A stretch of DNA of 64,000 nucleotides from Amphiscolops sp. MND2022 (Eukaryota), in the NCBI GenBank assembly GCA_964187785.1, contig OZ076415.1:60760001-60824000 (forward strand). Reading direction: 5' to 3'. The notes under the pieces were generated by a model that searched no databases, was not told the DNA's origin, and saw only the letters and a list, made by a program, of their open reading frames with translations. The first letter of the stretch is position 1. The number at the start of each line of letters is the position of its first letter. Of the stretch, positions 61,295 to 64,000 are shown piece after piece. A program made the translations under genes and the position numbers.

Positions 61295-62610
61295 TCGAAT
61301 GTTTTCAACGCTCATCAAGACAAATTTTGGTCTCAATGTCTGAACATCGTTCCTTGCATAAACTTACGCCTGAAACTTGATGATCAGCAGCTTCGGATTT
61401 AAATTGGTTTACGTCTCAGAGCCAACATCTGTGTTGCGCATACGTGCCGCTGTGGTAAAAGAGTTGAGCGGAAGAGTTTACACGGTCTTTATTGCACCAA
61501 GAAAACTGGTCGCTTCTCACGTCATGCTCTTCTCGATTCTCTCATAAAGCAGACGTTGGGATCTCTCGACTTACCTTCAATGCTGGAACTGCGTGTACTG
61601 TACCGGGTGACACGAAAGGGGTCGAAAACTTTTGGTCGAATTTCAAGCGATAAACTGGAGTCGAAATAACGGAATCGAAGTAAAATCATCGCATCCTCGT
61701 ATCGAATCCTCGCATCGAAAAGTCAAAATTAGCAATCTACGTCGAAACAACTTGGATCAACACATGGCTGTCAACACGGAACCTCGCGATTTGGAATTGA
61801 TTTAGAGTATAAAACGTGCCTCGGATATGTCCCCATTTCCTCTAGTGCCCCGCGGCCCCTTGGGGCCACTTATGCTCCCATCTTGCTAAGCGAGGTCGAA
61901 CAGCAGCAAAATCTTAGCGGGAACGGAGATAGCGAAGCAATCGTAGTGGGAGCTGGTCTTTTCGACAGTGAGGGGGAGCGTGCACACACCGTGTATGACC
62001 CCCATTTTATTTCCGATCATTTTCGCAAAATTTTACATATTCGACCTAGTTATGTCGATCGAAAACTATCGCCCTTCAATTTTGACCTTTCCTTGTCGCC
62101 CATTTCCGACCTGAGGTTTTCGACCAAAAATGTTCGACTTGGTTATATGTCAACGACTGTACCGAATTGAAGACAAACACCCAGACGGTGTTACCATGAT
62201 TCTCTGGGAAATGGGTAAAAAGCTGGGATGGGTTGTTACGGTTTTGGATGCTCTTGCATCGCCTGAATCACCGGTCGCCTGAATCAAGGCTCCTTATGCA
62301 ACTCGGGACACACCGCCACCGAGGCTGAAGCGGATAAAATTGAGAAGTATCGCAAATTGATAGACAATGGAAACACTTTTCAATCGGTGGCCTTGGAAGC
62401 ACTGGGTCCTTTGGTCGAGAGCAGTGAAACTTTCATCACGCGTCTCTGCAAAATGCTCTGTTGTTCGCATGACGATCAACGAACTGGCACCTCTTTGATG
62501 CAACAGATTTGAATGGGTCTTCAGATCGGTAATTCGGCCTGTGTTCTAGGAACTGTCAGCGACAGAAAGGCGTTCGAAGACATTTACTACATCTATTTTT
62601 CCTAAAAAAC
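61295..62610 (+). mobile_element. 5'-truncated non-LTR retrotransposon with restriction-like endonuclease (CRE/R2 superclade)
   Basis: CRCG...HGLYC...RFSRHALLDSLIK zinc knuckle; KHPDGVTMILWEMGKKLGWVVTV; DKIEKY; VALEALG; LQIGNSACVLGT. Confidence 0.8.
61606..62155. mobile_element. MITE with 8-9-bp TSD, TCGA-rich arms and the same core
   Basis: TSD actgtaccg (61597-61605; 62156-62164); removing it restores LYR-IEDKHPDG of the host element. Confidence 0.8.
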
Positions 62611-63615
62611 CTCTATGTCATTGCAGCTTTTTAAAAAAGTCTACCGGTCGACTGGTATAGAGGCTGGTATGAGTAGTTTGCTGCCTGTTTTTTTTGTTAC
62701 TGGTCTTTTGGGATAGTGGGTGGTTTGGGGTTCCCTACTTTCGTTGCAGACCACGGGTATGTGTCTTCTCCCCCAAACATGATGAGGCACTTGATTGTAG
62801 ACCAAGAGAGCCAAAACAACAAGGGAAAAATCACAACCAACGCTGATCGTCGAGATGCAAAGATGACAGCCAGTGCCAACAGACATTACTATATGAAAAC
62901 ATGTCTTCAGAAACATGTCGCACACTGTTCCTAGAACACTCGCTGTCACGACCCGCTCCCGGTCGGGATTTCACTTGCTGCGGAGGAATACCGCAATTCA
63001 CGCGAGGAAAAGGACACGGCAGAGCTACGCAACATTAAGTAAATTTTGTTTAATGCCTTACCTTTTATCCGAACAGCAGCACGAATTAGGTTTAACGGAA
63101 GCGCAACGTAAACTATTCAAAAATGATTCAGACAAAAAGAAAATTTCCGGTTTAATGATTTCACATGCAATCGTTTCATCACTTCCGGTTTCAACTGATG
63201 AAAAGTCCATGCCAATCTAAATAATAAAAAGGAAACATCTTTAACACTGGGATTAATTTTTCTCTTCTCCACACTAAAATGAAAACACTAAAACAATATT
63301 TAATTCCGTAATCCCAACGGAACGCATGCAATCTAAAATGAAAAAACATACAAAGAAAATGGTGGAATTGTTTTCCAATGATTGAATAGTTGTGAATATC
63401 CACTTAAGAATGCAATCAAACAACTTAAGAGAATATTTACAACGTAATGGCAGCGTCACTAAGCCTGATTGAAAGATAGACGTTTCTATTTTTACGGACC
63501 AATAGCGTTGTCTTTCACCATCCCTAATCACCATAGCAACGCCAATTGAGCGAGAGAATAAGAATGAATTTGTCAATGCTGTCCGCTCTGTCTCCGCAAG
63601 CAAGCACCGCTCAGT

Positions 63616-63808
63616 TATACCTAATCTTAATACGTACGGAGCGCTTACGGAGCAAATTGTAATGCGAAGAAGCTATACCTAATCTTAATACGTACGGAGC
63701 GCTTACGGAGCAAATTGTAATGCGAAGAAGCTATACCTAATCTTAATACGTACGGAGCGTTTACGGGGCGAATTGTAAATCGACGAAGTTATACCTAATG
63801 TTAATACA
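63616..63808. repeat. 58-bp minisatellite, ~3.3 copies
   Basis: tatacctaat at 63616, 63674, 63732 and 63790. Confidence 0.92.
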
Positions 63809-64000
63809 TGTAAGACAAGCGTGGAAAATTCTAGAACACAGAAGCTATCCAAATACATTAGGATGATCCCGAGGTCATGTAGAATTATCCCAAGATATTT
63901 AAATTATCATAAGGTCTTATTTTTTCCACCCGAATTTTCTCCGTCTTAGTGATCGATTAAAAAGGTTCGTGCTGTTAATTAGGATAAAAGTGAATCCTTA

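Overview
AT-rich, repeat-dense eukaryotic (animal-like) genomic DNA; the species cannot be determined from this window. The backbone is a 12-exon NFXL1 gene on the minus strand (18119-56102). I assembled it by hand: all splice phases agree, giving 3492 nt and 1163 aa, with a RING-like domain, NF-X1 zinc fingers and a C-terminal transmembrane segment. It converges on the last two exons of an uncharacterised plus-strand gene (12301-13131). Nearly everything else is transposon-derived. Main points: (1) NFXL1 intron 4 is exactly a TIR element plus one copy of its 8-bp target-site duplication, and the duplication supplies both splice sites (introner-type intron gain). Intron 5 and the neighbouring gene's intron are GC-AG introns with near-identical 5' ends, and intron 5 also has TIR-like ends. 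(2) Intron 8 is almost entirely a 13.2-kb satellite of ~168-bp units with shifting higher-order periods; its monomer has a non-canonical hammerhead-like fold. (3) Intron 11 holds a decayed PIF1-helicase/GIY-YIG element next to a JmjC dioxygenase ORF, a BEL/Pao integrase fragment and a 2.55-kb tandem triplication. (4) The left end looks like the 3' part of an LTR element carrying a spliced antisense gene derived from a hAT-like transposase. (5) There are nested LINEs, MITEs, tRNA-containing modular repeats and a CRE-type retrotransposon fragment. Family assignments come from motif recognition by eye; no database searches were run.
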